A stretch of 64,000 bases of DNA from NCBI GenBank assembly GCA_036491125.1, contig DASXCO010000094.1:309-64308 (forward strand), given 5' to 3'. Source of the DNA: Acidimicrobiales bacterium (GTDB lineage Bacteria > Actinomycetota > Acidimicrobiia > Acidimicrobiales > AC-9). A model generated the notes under the pieces. The model saw nothing but the letters and a program-made list of their open reading frames with translations. It ran no database searches and was not told the origin of the DNA. The translations under genes and the position numbers were made by a program. This document shows positions 63,922 to 64,000 of this stretch, piece by piece; positions within the stretch are counted from its first letter, which is position 1; the number at the start of each line of letters is the position of its first letter.

Positions 63922-64000
63922 GCGCGACAACCGGCAACGTGCTCGTCACCGGCGCCTCGTCGGGCATCGGTGCCGCCCTTGCCCGTCTGCTCGCCAGACG
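63918..64000 (+). CDS. SDR family oxidoreductase, 5' end only (runs off the window)
   Basis: GTG at 63918 overlaps the previous stop as GTGA. It is followed by VLVTGASSGIGAALARLLAR. Confidence 0.6.
   Translation, partial: MSATTGNVLVTGASSGIGAALARLLAR

Overview
The window is about 70% GC and looks like core chromosome of an Actinomycetota-like organism. The supporting traits are GAAC-N4-GTTC SOS boxes, a DUF3040 protein, a PIG-L deacetylase, an F420-type LLM oxidoreductase and many acyl-CoA dehydrogenases. I support about 65 protein-coding genes. I saw no rRNA, tRNA, CRISPR array, transposase, integrase or prophage genes.

Gene layout:
- 0-9 kb: DNA-damage and housekeeping genes (NUDIX-dinB, threonine aldolase, pfkA, nrdR, a LysM protein divergent from lexA, peroxiredoxin).
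- 9-18.5 kb: late lysine/DAP genes (dapE, dapD, dapC, dapF) with hflX embedded, then miaA, an aldehyde dehydrogenase and miaB.
- 18.5-25.4 kb: spoVS-like gene, recA interrupted by a 437-aa LAGLIDADG intein, thpR plus an unknown coupled ORF, DUF3303, cinA, pgsA.
- 25.4-32.5 kb: rimO, tyrosine catabolism (hppD, Lrp regulator, hmgA) with two heme-oxygenase-like diiron proteins, queF, thrB.
- 32.5-61 kb: a large acyl-CoA / steroid-side-chain-like catabolic island. It holds 7 ACADs including one fused double ACAD, 3 AMP-ligases, thiolase-like/DUF35/MaoC genes, SDRs, NMO, LLM, nitroreductase, a GMC oxidoreductase, a TetR regulator and HU.
- 61-64 kb: DUF2889, a lipoprotein with a frameshifted paralogue, and SDRs.

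Most notable non-gene signals:
- A recurrent TGAC-N6-GTCA palindrome sits in front of essentially every transcription unit of the lipid island, which suggests a regulon.
- GC-rich hairpin and tandem repeats built on GGCCGGCC occur at several sites. One related array is a 6 x 30 bp in-frame minisatellite inside an ACAD gene.
- Short tandem duplications span stop codons at several gene ends.
- Four SOS boxes lie in the lexA/LysM divergent promoter and one lies upstream of recA.

Many long ORFs in the track are antisense or out-of-frame artefacts of high GC and were not called. Small-motif coordinates were read by eye and may be off by a few nt.
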